From assembly GCA_963662265.2 (NCBI GenBank), contig CAXXHA010000011.1, forward strand, positions 64,001-128,000: a DNA stretch of 64,000 nucleotides, written 5' to 3'. Each line of letters begins with the position of its first letter. The stretch's first letter is position 1. The notes beneath the pieces are model-generated. The model was not told where the DNA came from, made no database searches, and saw only the letters and a list, made by a program, of their open reading frames with translations. Shown one piece after another: positions 50,445-59,901 of this stretch. The position numbers and the translations under genes are program-made. This DNA is from Spirochaetia bacterium (GTDB lineage: Bacteria > Spirochaetota > Spirochaetia > CADAEX01).

Positions 50445-50500
50445 ATCGAAGGAATATTAGCAGTAAACTTCTGCTCCTTCAAGTATCGGAGGATTTTTAA

Positions 50501-50875
50501 ATGTTCACAGTCAGGATTGAAGACAGCTTTGCGGCAGCTCATTATATAAAAAACTATCACGGTAAATGCGAAAATCTTCACGGTCACAACTACAAGGTAA
50601 GGGTCTATGTGAAAGGGGAGGATCTTGATAAGGGTGGAATGCTGCTTGATTTTTCCATACTCAAGAAAGCGCTTAAAGAGATTTTCAAAGACCTTGATCA
50701 TAAAAATCTCAATGAAATTGAGCTTTTTAAAAAATATGATCCTTCTGCAGAGCTTATTGCAAAATATATTTTTGACAGGCTTATCCCTCTCCTCCCTGAA
50801 GAGGGAACAAGGTACAGTCTTACAAAAGTTGAAATATTCGAGACAGAAAAAAACATGGCAGTTTACGAGGCATAG
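50501..50875 (+). CDS. queD: 6-carboxytetrahydropterin synthase
   Basis: FAAAH, C..LHGHNY, G..LDF, LDH..LNE and PSAE motifs. Confidence 0.92.
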   Translation: MFTVRIEDSFAAAHYIKNYHGKCENLHGHNYKVRVYVKGEDLDKGGMLLDFSILKKALKEIFKDLDHKNLNEIELFKKYDPSAELIAKYIFDRLIPLLPEEGTRYSLTKVEIFETEKNMAVYEA

Positions 50876-50878
50876 CTG

Positions 50879-52021
50879 ATGGATTCAGGTGCCCCTATTG
50901 AAAGCTTGATGAATTCTGCCGTGCGAGAGAATGAGGATTTTCTCAACAGCCAGATTATTACATATATCGGAAACAAGAGAAGTCTTCTGGATTTCATCGG
51001 CAGGGGGATAGACAGAGTAAGAAAGTCTCTGGGAAAGGACAGGCTTGATATTTTCGATGTATTTTCAGGATCCGGGATTGTATCAAGGTTTCTGAAGCAG
51101 TATTCAGACAGGCTTGTTGTTAATGATCTTGAAAAATACTCGGAAATTATAAGCAGCTGTTATCTTGCAAACAGGTCGGAAATTGATCTTCCGCTTTTAA
51201 AGGAATACCACAGGGATATAATCCATAAACTTGAAAACAATCCTCTTAAAAAAGGATTTATCACGGAGCTCTATTCACCTGAAAATGACAGTGAAATAAA
51301 AAAAGGGGAACGGGTTTTCTATAAGGGACGGAATGCAAGGTATATAGATACCGCCCGGCAGCTTATAGAAAAACTGCCGATTGAATACCGGCATTTTTTC
51401 CTTGCACCACTTCTTTCAGAGGCATCTGTACATGCAAATACATCGGGAGTTTTCAAGGGATTTTACAAGGATTCATCCCGGAACATAGGGAAATTCGGAG
51501 GAAACAACGGGGATGCCCTTATGAGGATTCTCGGGGATATAAATCTTCCTTTTCCTGTATTCAGCAGATTTGACTGCAACGTGGAAATTCACAGGGGAGA
51601 TTCAAATATTATTGCAGAGTGTGTTGATGAGGTTGACATAGCATACCTTGATCCTCCCTATAATCAGCATCCCTACGGATCGAATTATTTCATGCTAAAT
51701 CTTATAACAGATTATATCAGGCCTGACAGGATCAGCGAGGTCTCGGGTATTCCTGTTGACTGGAACAGGTCTTCCTTCAACAAGAGGGCAAGATCTTCTG
51801 AATCTTTCAGAGAACTTGTTTCTAATCTGAAGGCAAAATACCTTCTTATTTCATTCAATTCGGAAGGGTTTATAAGTCTTGACGAGATGAAGAATATGCT
51901 TTCAGGAATAGGTAAGGTCGAAGTGCTTGAAACAAAGTACAATACTTTCAGGGGGAGCCGGAACCTCCGAAACCGTAAGATCCATGTAAAGGAATACCTT
52001 TATCTTGTAGAGAAGTATTGA
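50879..52021 (+). CDS. DNA adenine (N6) methyltransferase, D12/FokI-like class, orphan
   Basis: YIGNKR, DVFSGSGIVS (motif I), ND and YLDPPYN (motif IV); no cognate endonuclease adjacent. Confidence 0.88.
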   Translation: MDSGAPIESLMNSAVRENEDFLNSQIITYIGNKRSLLDFIGRGIDRVRKSLGKDRLDIFDVFSGSGIVSRFLKQYSDRLVVNDLEKYSEIISSCYLANRSEIDLPLLKEYHRDIIHKLENNPLKKGFITELYSPENDSEIKKGERVFYKGRNARYIDTARQLIEKLPIEYRHFFLAPLLSEASVHANTSGVFKGFYKDSSRNIGKFGGNNGDALMRILGDINLPFPVFSRFDCNVEIHRGDSNIIAECVDEVDIAYLDPPYNQHPYGSNYFMLNLITDYIRPDRISEVSGIPVDWNRSSFNKRARSSESFRELVSNLKAKYLLISFNSEGFISLDEMKNMLSGIGKVEVLETKYNTFRGSRNLRNRKIHVKEYLYLVEKY

Positions 52022-52099
52022 AAGAAGTCATGTGATATATTCACTTTAATAATAACTATTACGAAAACCAATTTAATTTTATCAACAGGAGTCTTTCTT

Positions 52100-52750
52100 A
52101 TGAAAATAGCAGGTATTACAGATATTCACGGAGATTTGTCATTTCTGAAAAAAGCTGAAAATTATATCAGGAATGCGGATCTTGTACTTATTTCGGGCGA
52201 TATCACCCATTTCGGGGGAGAATCTGAAGCATCTGAAATTATTGATAAAATATCAGAAATAAACAGCCGGATATATGCTGTGTCTGGAAACTGCGATAAT
52301 CCGGAAATAGAAGACTATCTCAGGAGAAAAGGGCTCCTTCCTGAAGAAAGCAGGGCAGAAACAGAAAAATACGCATATGCGGTTTCCGGTACAGGAGGCT
52401 CCCTTCCAACTCCTGTCAAAACTCCCCATACAAGAGAGGAAAAAGAATTTGTTCATTTCTATGAGAACAAAGCAGGGAATGCTGAGATTGTAATATCACA
52501 CCAGCCACCATATAAGACATTTGCAGACAAGGTTATGGGGCATCTTCATACCGGGAGCAAGGCATTGAGATCCTATATTGACCAGATGAAACCTCTTCTA
52601 TGCCTGTGCGGCCATATTCATGAATCAAGCGGGAAAGAGTATTACGGAAATACCCTTGTCATAAACCCGGGCCCTTTCAAGGACGGGAAGATGGCTGTCA
52701 TAGAGATAACAGAAGAAGGCAGAGCAGAGGCTGATATAATTAATTTATAA
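52100..52750 (+). CDS. Metallophosphoesterase (calcineurin-like)
   Basis: TDIHG, SGD, GNCD, SHQPP, GHIHE and NPG motifs. Confidence 0.92.
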   Translation: MKIAGITDIHGDLSFLKKAENYIRNADLVLISGDITHFGGESEASEIIDKISEINSRIYAVSGNCDNPEIEDYLRRKGLLPEESRAETEKYAYAVSGTGGSLPTPVKTPHTREEKEFVHFYENKAGNAEIVISHQPPYKTFADKVMGHLHTGSKALRSYIDQMKPLLCLCGHIHESSGKEYYGNTLVINPGPFKDGKMAVIEITEEGRAEADIINL

Positions 52751-52773
52751 TTATATCAGTCTGAATAGAATTT

Positions 52774-53184
52774 CTATTCTCCTGAATAATGTCGCATTTT
52801 TTTAATTTCAGATCTAATTTTTTTACTCTTTATTCTTCTTTCACTTGAAGCTTTTGTCGGCCTGGTCGGGCGTCTTTTTCTTTGTTTCACCAGAGCCGCC
52901 ATAATCAGGGATACAGCTCTTTCCTCTGCAAGTTCCCTGTTCCTCCGCTGGCTTCTTTCCTCTGATGAGTGGATAACAAGTTCTCCGTCTGAATTTATTC
53001 TTTTGCTAAGTCTCAGGTTTATCACTTCCTTTTCTTCCGGGGAAACCGGCAGGCTTTCTACAGGTATTTTCAAGACAGTTTTTGTTGATGTCTTATTAAC
53101 ATTCTGTCCGCCCGGGCCTCCTGATCTTGCAAATGAGAAATCTCCGTATGTTTTTATCCACTGTTCAAGTGTTTCTCTGTTCAT
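52774..53184 (-). CDS. arfB: Alternative ribosome rescue factor ArfB
   Basis: RSGGPGGQNVNK, RSQ..NR and a basic tail with RRPTRPT. Confidence 0.93.
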   Translation of the reverse strand: MNRETLEQWIKTYGDFSFARSGGPGGQNVNKTSTKTVLKIPVESLPVSPEEKEVINLRLSKRINSDGELVIHSSEERSQRRNRELAEERAVSLIMAALVKQRKRRPTRPTKASSERRIKSKKIRSEIKKMRHYSGE

Positions 53185-53341
53185 TTACCTGTTTTCATCC
53201 TCTGCAAAACAGCAGTGATATAAGGGAATCCTTAAAAATATAATACAGGTTTATCGGGGAAAATTAAAACTTCATAAATAATTTATTTATCTTTAATATT
53301 ACACCTGTGATAAAATTATATCATTATTCAAGGGGGATTCC

Positions 53342-54325
53342 ATGACAAAACTCGACCGGCTTGCAGAACTTCTTAAAAAAGCGCCTGACGAGGTTTTTAT
53401 CCAGCCTCATAATGTGCCTGATCCTGATGCGCTTGCAAGTTCTTTTGCGCTCCAGGACCTTCTCCATCAGAAAGGGATTGAATCGGTAATTGTCTATGAA
53501 AACGAGGTTGAGAAGGCAAATTCGCTTAAAATGCTTGAGCTCTTCGGCATTAATATATTTCCTGCAGCAGAAGTTGCAACACTCGGGGAAGAGGACTGGA
53601 CTGTTCTTGTTGATGTTCAGAAGGGGAATTCAAATGTGACTGATCTAGTTACTGATGAGGTTGCGGTTATTGATCACCATGAGTATATGGGGAATAAAAA
53701 CTACCAGTTTGAGGATGTGAGACCTGAAGTCGGAGCCTGTTCAAGTATACTTGCTTCCTATTATTTTGAAAACAATCTTGAGATGTCAAGGAATACCGCA
53801 ACAGCTCTTCTTTACGGTATCTTCATGGATACAGATAACCTTACAAGGGGAGTATCTGTATTTGATATTGATATGTTCTACCGTCTCTACAGTCTTTCAA
53901 ACATAACCCATATTAGCGAGCTTAAAGGGAACCAGATAAGCAAGTCTGATTTACTGGATTATGCAAAAGCTTTCAGCTCAGTCGAGATATATGATGAGAT
54001 TGGATTTCTCTACCTTGATAATACAAATGATTCTCTTCTCGGGGCTGCAAGCGATATTGTCATAACAATAGCAGGGGTGAATGTTGTTGTCGCATATTCT
54101 CCCAGGGAAGGGGGGATAAAGTTCTCAACCCGCAGTATCAACAAAAATATAAAGGCGAATGATTTTATCAGGTTTATTCTAAAGGATACAGGATTCGGAG
54201 GGGGACACGATTCAATGGCAGGGGGATTCCTCCCCAGGGAAAACCTTGAAGAAAACAAGAGCCTCGATACATTTGTCAGGTACAGGGCTATATCATACCT
54301 TGATATGATAAAAAACAGGATTTAA
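53342..54325 (+). CDS. DHH/DHHA1 phosphoesterase (NrnA-like)
   Basis: H..PDPDA, VD, IDHH, G...DT, S.RS and GGGH..MAGG motifs. Confidence 0.9.
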   Translation: MTKLDRLAELLKKAPDEVFIQPHNVPDPDALASSFALQDLLHQKGIESVIVYENEVEKANSLKMLELFGINIFPAAEVATLGEEDWTVLVDVQKGNSNVTDLVTDEVAVIDHHEYMGNKNYQFEDVRPEVGACSSILASYYFENNLEMSRNTATALLYGIFMDTDNLTRGVSVFDIDMFYRLYSLSNITHISELKGNQISKSDLLDYAKAFSSVEIYDEIGFLYLDNTNDSLLGAASDIVITIAGVNVVVAYSPREGGIKFSTRSINKNIKANDFIRFILKDTGFGGGHDSMAGGFLPRENLEENKSLDTFVRYRAISYLDMIKNRI

Positions 54326-54370
54326 AAAATACCATACCAGCTATGCAGTTTTATCCATGATCCAGGATTT

Positions 54371-56125
54371 CTAAACTTCCTTGAACTGGTTGTAGATTAC
54401 AAGGATTTCAGGCAGTGTTTCCTTGAAGCAGGCAAGAATTTTCGGGTCAAAATGGCCTTTCATCTCGTTCTCCATTATGTTTAATGCTTCTTCAACTGAA
54501 AGTGCTTTTTTATATGGACGGGCAGATGTAAGTGCGTCAAACACATCAGCAATAGCTACAATTCTTCCTGCAAGGGGGATATCAGTGCCTTTGAGACCTT
54601 CCGGGTATCCGTGTCCGCTGAATTTTTCGTGATGCCCCCCTATGATATCTACTGCAGTCTGAAGAACTGACCGGGTCAGGATATTGTCAAGTCTGCTGTT
54701 CATATTCTCAATTACCTTTTTACCGGTATCTACATGGGTTTTCATGATGCTGAATTCGTCCCTGTCCAGCGGCCCCTCTTTTAAGAGTATTCTGTCCGGA
54801 ATCCCTATTTTCCCGATATCATGGAGAGGCGCGAACCATTTAATCTCCCTTATAAAACGGGGAGTTACTGTTTTATGTTTATTGTAATATTTCAAAGCTG
54901 TGAGATATGAATATTCAGTCATTCTCTTGATATGAAGAGATGTTTCATTGTCTTTTTCATGCATCAGCGTTATGAAGGAATTTGAAGTTTCTGCAATTAT
55001 TTCCTGAATAAGAAATTCGACATAGAGTTTCTGTTTCAATACACCTGCAATTCTGAGGGCAAACTCTGAATCAGATTCAGTGTATGCGTTTTCTTTAAGG
55101 CTTGAGATAAAAAGAAAACCGATGCACCTGTTCTGGAAAAACATCGGAACAGTCAGGCTTGACCTGATATTTTCCCTTAAAATATTCTGCGTTGATAATG
55201 AAACATCTCTGTTTGATGCATATTTTTCAAGATTGTTTATTATTCTTGGTGTCCTGTCTTTGAGAAGCTTATCAAGGCTGGTATCTGAAATTCTTTCAGT
55301 AAAGCCGGGCTGAAGATATATTGGCTGGTATGATGCATATGCTGTTTCTGCTATGACAGTATTGTGCTTATCAATAAAAGCAAGGGCTATCCTGTCGCAG
55401 CTTATTTCCTCTGAAATTTGTTTATATATGAATTTCAGGATATCATCGAGATTCCCGTGTATATCTATATCCTGTATTTTCCTGTCTCTTTCAATATTGG
55501 CTGTTATCCTTGTGAAAATGCTGCTGAAAATACCTGATTCCGCATAATTCTGCTGGCATGTTATTTTAGTTATCTTTTCTTTTTTCTGGAAATTCAGAAG
55601 ATTTTTTATATTCTCAAGGCCATTGATGAGATTCCTGAAAAAGCATGAAAATCTGTAGTTGAGAAAGAAAGTATATAAAGTAATTCCAAGTGCTGTTAAA
55701 AGTGTAGCAGAAGAAATAATAAACAGAAAATGAAAATTTCCTACTCTCTTGCTGTTTATACTGTCAAGAAGACTTGCAGCTGTTTTGGAAATCTCCCTTA
55801 TATATTCATCCCTTTCCCTGCTGTTTGAGTAATCAGGTTTGTTTAAATTGAAATTAATATCCAGAATTTCAGATATTTTTTCTATTTTGATATCAAGATT
55901 ATTGTATTGAATTATTACTTCATCTGTAACTGCAGTATTTTTATTAAGAGATTTGATAAGGCTGTTCAATTCCTTATATGTTTCCCGTTTTACAGTTTCA
56001 AGTTTATTTGTATGAAAGTAATTTACGACAGAAAATGATAATGGGAGAACAATAAAAACAAGGAGAAGAATATGAAGGATAAAGAGAATTCTGATACTTG
56101 ATTTTATACTGATAATTTTTTTCAT
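54371..56125 (-). CDS. Membrane GAF plus HD-GYP c-di-GMP phosphodiesterase
   Basis: Two TM segments; GAF (IRSSLTVPM...IGFL); ET..HI.R, HDIGKIGIPD, HHEK..G.GYP and ADVFDAL...RPYK motifs. Confidence 0.9.
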   Translation of the reverse strand: MKKIISIKSSIRILFILHILLLVFIVLPLSFSVVNYFHTNKLETVKRETYKELNSLIKSLNKNTAVTDEVIIQYNNLDIKIEKISEILDINFNLNKPDYSNSRERDEYIREISKTAASLLDSINSKRVGNFHFLFIISSATLLTALGITLYTFFLNYRFSCFFRNLINGLENIKNLLNFQKKEKITKITCQQNYAESGIFSSIFTRITANIERDRKIQDIDIHGNLDDILKFIYKQISEEISCDRIALAFIDKHNTVIAETAYASYQPIYLQPGFTERISDTSLDKLLKDRTPRIINNLEKYASNRDVSLSTQNILRENIRSSLTVPMFFQNRCIGFLFISSLKENAYTESDSEFALRIAGVLKQKLYVEFLIQEIIAETSNSFITLMHEKDNETSLHIKRMTEYSYLTALKYYNKHKTVTPRFIREIKWFAPLHDIGKIGIPDRILLKEGPLDRDEFSIMKTHVDTGKKVIENMNSRLDNILTRSVLQTAVDIIGGHHEKFSGHGYPEGLKGTDIPLAGRIVAIADVFDALTSARPYKKALSVEEALNIMENEMKGHFDPKILACFKETLPEILVIYNQFKEV

Positions 56126-56213
56126 TTATGATCAACATCTCCATAAATAAATTATTAAGTTGTTTAAATAATGAAAAAAGATTTTTAAAAGAAGTTATTT
56201 TTAAATGTAAACA

Positions 56214-56242
56214 TAAAAAAACCCCGGAATAATTTCCGGGGT
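56214..56242 (-). terminator. Rho-independent terminator after the tRNA
   Basis: Minus strand accccggaa-attа-ttccggggt stem-loop followed by a T run. Confidence 0.8.
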
Positions 56243-56248
56243 GATTGA

Positions 56249-56321
<73 letters not shown>

Positions 56322-56692
56322 GATCACGTTGATAGTTATATATTTATCCGAAAAAAATGTCAATCAGCTGTGAAAAAAAAATTAAATAAATGTTTATACA
56401 GTTAATATTAAGAACTGTATTTAAAGTATATACTGCAATGAGTTATCAGTATAAATATTTTTACAGGCAGTTCTTCCTGGTGATTTTTTCCGTGGGAAAC
56501 ATATGCATCAGATTCAATGTAAATACATCACAGGATAGAAGTAATTATTATCAACACATAAGGGTGATTCTCTTGAAAAGATTATTCATTATATATAATA
56601 TCTAAAGTTATTATTAAAGTAATTTAGTAATTGTAAAATATTTCCGTGACATTAATCAGTTGATGCCGGATAACAGAAAATATTAAAAAAAG

Positions 56693-56761
56693 GCGGCAGC
56701 CGAAGATGCTGATAAACAGGTGGAAGGCCTGATAAATACAGCCGGTAAAAATAACTGCCGT
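56693..56761 (+). promoter_or_regulatory. Structured ileS leader (candidate cis-regulatory RNA)
   Basis: Nested pairings gcggcag/ctgccgt, ccg/cgg, gctg/cagc and cagg/cctg in an AT-rich context, ending 10 nt before AGGAGG. Confidence 0.5.
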
Positions 56762-56781
56762 GAATTGCTCAGGAGGCTATT

Positions 56782-59700
56782 TTGTATAAACCAGTGGATC
56801 CCAAAGTTAATTTTCCTCAGATGGAAGAAAATATACTTGAATTCTGGCAGAAACAGGGGATTTTCAAGAAATCAATTGAACAGAGAGAGGGATGTGATGA
56901 ATATGTATTCTATGACGGACCTCCGTTTGCAACAGGTCTCCCTCATTTCGGACATTTCGTACCCGGTACAGTAAAAGATATCTATCCAAGATATCAGACA
57001 ATGAAGGGCAAGAAAGTAGACAGAAGATTCGGATGGGACTGTCACGGTCTTCCTGTAGAATATGAAATGGAAAAAGAACTCGGTATTTCCGGTAAGACTG
57101 AAATTGAAAAATTCGGCGTTGCGAAATTCAATGAATCATGCCGGTCAATCGTTTTAAGATATACAAAAGAATGGGAAAACATTGTTACCAGAATGGGTAG
57201 ATGGGTTGATTTTGAAAACGACTACAAGACAATGAATCCCGACTACATGGAATCAATCTGGTGGGTTGTAAAGCAGCTCTGGGACAAGGGACTCATGTAT
57301 GAAGGTTACTATATCCTTCCTTACTGCCCCAGGTGTTCTACAGTTCTTTCAAACCATGAGCTTAACCTCGGAGGATACAAGGAAGTACATGATCCTGCTA
57401 TTACAATCAAGTTCAAGGCAGACGGAGAGGATAATACATATTTCCTCGCATGGACAACAACTCCATGGACGCTTCCTTCAAACCTTGCGCTTGCTGTTGG
57501 GAACGATGTTGAATATGTGAAAGTAGCTGACAGCGGCGAAAACTATATCATGGCTAAAGACAGACTCTCTGCATACTACAAGAATGAAGATGAATACACT
57601 TTAGTATGGACAAAGAAAGGATCCGAGCTTCTCGGTATGAGCTATGAGCCTCTTTTCCCTTATTTTGCAGATGCAAAGGAAAAAGGTGCATTCAGGGTAT
57701 TTGCAGCAGACTATGTAACAACAGAAGATGGTACAGGTATTGTTCACACAGCTCCGGGCTTCGGTGAAGATGACTATGCAACTCTTAAAGGTACAGGTAT
57801 TCCTACAGTATGTCCGATAGACGGTGAATGTAAGTTTACTGATGAAGTAGCTGACTATGAAGGCAGATTTGTTAAAGACTGTGACAAGGATATTATCAAG
57901 AGACTCAAGGAAGAAGGCAAGCTGATCTTAAGACAGCAGTATCTTCATAACTATCCTCACTGCTGGAGATGCTCATCTCCTCTTATCTACAGGGCAATCT
58001 CTTCATGGTTTGTCGATATCGACAAGATCAAACAGAAGATGCTTGATGCAAACCAGGAAATATACTGGATGCCGGGACACCTCAAGGACGGAAGGTTCGG
58101 AAAGTGGCTCGAAGGGGCAAGAGACTGGGCAATTTCCAGAAACAGGTACTGGGGTAACCCGATCCCTGTATGGAAGTGCGACAGCTGCAATGAAACAGAC
58201 TGTCTCGGTTCACGTGCAGAGCTTGAAGAAAAGACAGGAAAGAAGGTTGATGACCTTCATAAACATATAATCGATGATCTTACATATGAGTGTAAGTGCG
58301 GCGGAACAATGAAGAGAGTTCCGGAAGTTCTTGACTGCTGGTTTGAGTCAGGTTCAATGCCTTATGCCCAGGTTCATTATCCGTTTGAAAACAAGGAGCA
58401 TTTTGAGAGTCATTTCCCTGCAGACTTTATCTGTGAAGGTCTTGACCAGACAAGGGGATGGTTCTACACACTTACAATTCTTGCAGCAGCTATCTTTGAC
58501 AAGCCTGCTTTCAAGAATGTTGTTGTAAACGGACTTGTTCTTGCAGAAGACGGAAAAAAGATGTCAAAGTCTGCAAGAAACTACTCAGACCCTGTTGAAG
58601 TTATCAACCAGTACGGTGCAGATGCCTTAAGGTTCCTCCTTACAAACTCAGGTATTGTAAGGGCTGAAGACTTGAGATACTCGGATGAAAGTGTCAAGGA
58701 TATTCTGAAGTCAATAATTATCCCGATATGGAACGCATACAGCTTTTTTGTAACATATGCAAATATCGACAACATTAAAGTTACTGATGCTCCTTCAAAT
58801 CCTTCAAATCCTCTGGATCAGTGGATACTGAGTGAAGCTGAAAAGCTTACACAGGAAGTAACAGATTACCTTGAAGCTTATGATATTCACAGGGCAAACA
58901 CATGCTTTATCAATTTTATAGATCTTCTTAACAACTGGTATATAAGAAGATCAAGAAGAAGATTCTGGAAATCAGAAAATGACCTTGACAAGGACCAGGC
59001 ATACCAGACTCTGTACTCTGTTCTCATGAAGTACATAAAACTGGCATGTCCTGTAATACCTTTTATTACAGAGGAGATCTACCAGAACCTGAGAACTGAT
59101 TCAATGCCTGAATCAATTCACCTGTGCGACTATCCTGTTGCTGATGCATCTGTAAGAGATGAGGCTCTCGAAAAGAAGATGGAAGTTACTCAGCATGCAG
59201 TATCAATGGGCAGAGCATTGAGAGCAAACTTCTCACTCAAGATAAGACAGCCGCTCAAGGCTATCTACCTTGTAACAAGGGATGCCGAGGAAAAAACAAT
59301 TCTCAAAGAGATGGAAGGAATTATTTCCGAAGAGCTCAATGTCAAGGAAGTTGTAATCAGGGACAATGAGGAAGAGCTTGTTGAATACGAAGCCAAGGCA
59401 AACTTCAGAGTCCTGGGTAAAGTTCTCGGAAAGAGTATGAAAGCAGGCGCTGCAAAGATTGAAGAGCTTTCAATGGACGAAATCAAGTCTCTCCTTGACG
59501 GCGCTACACTTTCAATTGATATTGACGGTGCAAGCTATGATATTACAAGTGAAAGCATTGTTGTTCAGAGAAACGAGAAGGAAAACCTTAAAGTACTGAA
59601 TGAAGGGTCGCTTACAATCGGTCTTGATACAGAACTCACAGATGCTCTCAGGCAGGAAGGGGTTGTAAGAGACCTGGTGAGAAATATTCAGAGCCTCAGA

Positions 59701-59901
59701 AAAGATTCAGGGCTTGATGTATCAGACAGAATAAAGCTCTGCATCTCAGGTGCTGATGAAATAAGGGCTTCAGTAGACAGCCACGAAGAGTATATGAAGA
59801 ATGAGACTCTTACAGTTGAGTGGGACTGGAAAGAAGCTGATAATGCCAAAGAATTTGAATGCGGTGACTACAGTTGCAAGATAGCGCTGGAAAAAGTATA
59901 A
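56782..59901 (+). CDS. ileS: Isoleucine--tRNA ligase (type 2)
   Basis: YDGPPFATGLPHFGH, GWDCHGLP, WTTTPWTLP, GTGIVH.AP, DWAISRNRYWG, EGLDQTRGWFY and KMSKS; AGGAGG RBS with TTG start. Confidence 0.97.
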   Translation: MYKPVDPKVNFPQMEENILEFWQKQGIFKKSIEQREGCDEYVFYDGPPFATGLPHFGHFVPGTVKDIYPRYQTMKGKKVDRRFGWDCHGLPVEYEMEKELGISGKTEIEKFGVAKFNESCRSIVLRYTKEWENIVTRMGRWVDFENDYKTMNPDYMESIWWVVKQLWDKGLMYEGYYILPYCPRCSTVLSNHELNLGGYKEVHDPAITIKFKADGEDNTYFLAWTTTPWTLPSNLALAVGNDVEYVKVADSGENYIMAKDRLSAYYKNEDEYTLVWTKKGSELLGMSYEPLFPYFADAKEKGAFRVFAADYVTTEDGTGIVHTAPGFGEDDYATLKGTGIPTVCPIDGECKFTDEVADYEGRFVKDCDKDIIKRLKEEGKLILRQQYLHNYPHCWRCSSPLIYRAISSWFVDIDKIKQKMLDANQEIYWMPGHLKDGRFGKWLEGARDWAISRNRYWGNPIPVWKCDSCNETDCLGSRAELEEKTGKKVDDLHKHIIDDLTYECKCGGTMKRVPEVLDCWFESGSMPYAQVHYPFENKEHFESHFPADFICEGLDQTRGWFYTLTILAAAIFDKPAFKNVVVNGLVLAEDGKKMSKSARNYSDPVEVINQYGADALRFLLTNSGIVRAEDLRYSDESVKDILKSIIIPIWNAYSFFVTYANIDNIKVTDAPSNPSNPLDQWILSEAEKLTQEVTDYLEAYDIHRANTCFINFIDLLNNWYIRRSRRRFWKSENDLDKDQAYQTLYSVLMKYIKLACPVIPFITEEIYQNLRTDSMPESIHLCDYPVADASVRDEALEKKMEVTQHAVSMGRALRANFSLKIRQPLKAIYLVTRDAEEKTILKEMEGIISEELNVKEVVIRDNEEELVEYEAKANFRVLGKVLGKSMKAGAAKIEELSMDEIKSLLDGATLSIDIDGASYDITSESIVVQRNEKENLKVLNEGSLTIGLDTELTDALRQEGVVRDLVRNIQSLRKDSGLDVSDRIKLCISGADEIRASVDSHEEYMKNETLTVEWDWKEADNAKEFECGDYSCKIALEKV

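Noticed and set aside
56640-56781. Canonical T-box riboswitch before ileS
   Set aside because: GGTGGAAGG lacks the ACC of the T-box bulge; no AUC specifier loop or terminator is recognisable. Kept as a non-T-box candidate instead.
56782-59901. Acquired mupirocin-resistance ileS2
   Set aside because: Type-2 IleRS is the normal housekeeping form in many spirochaetes; the context is chromosomal and no mobile genes are nearby.
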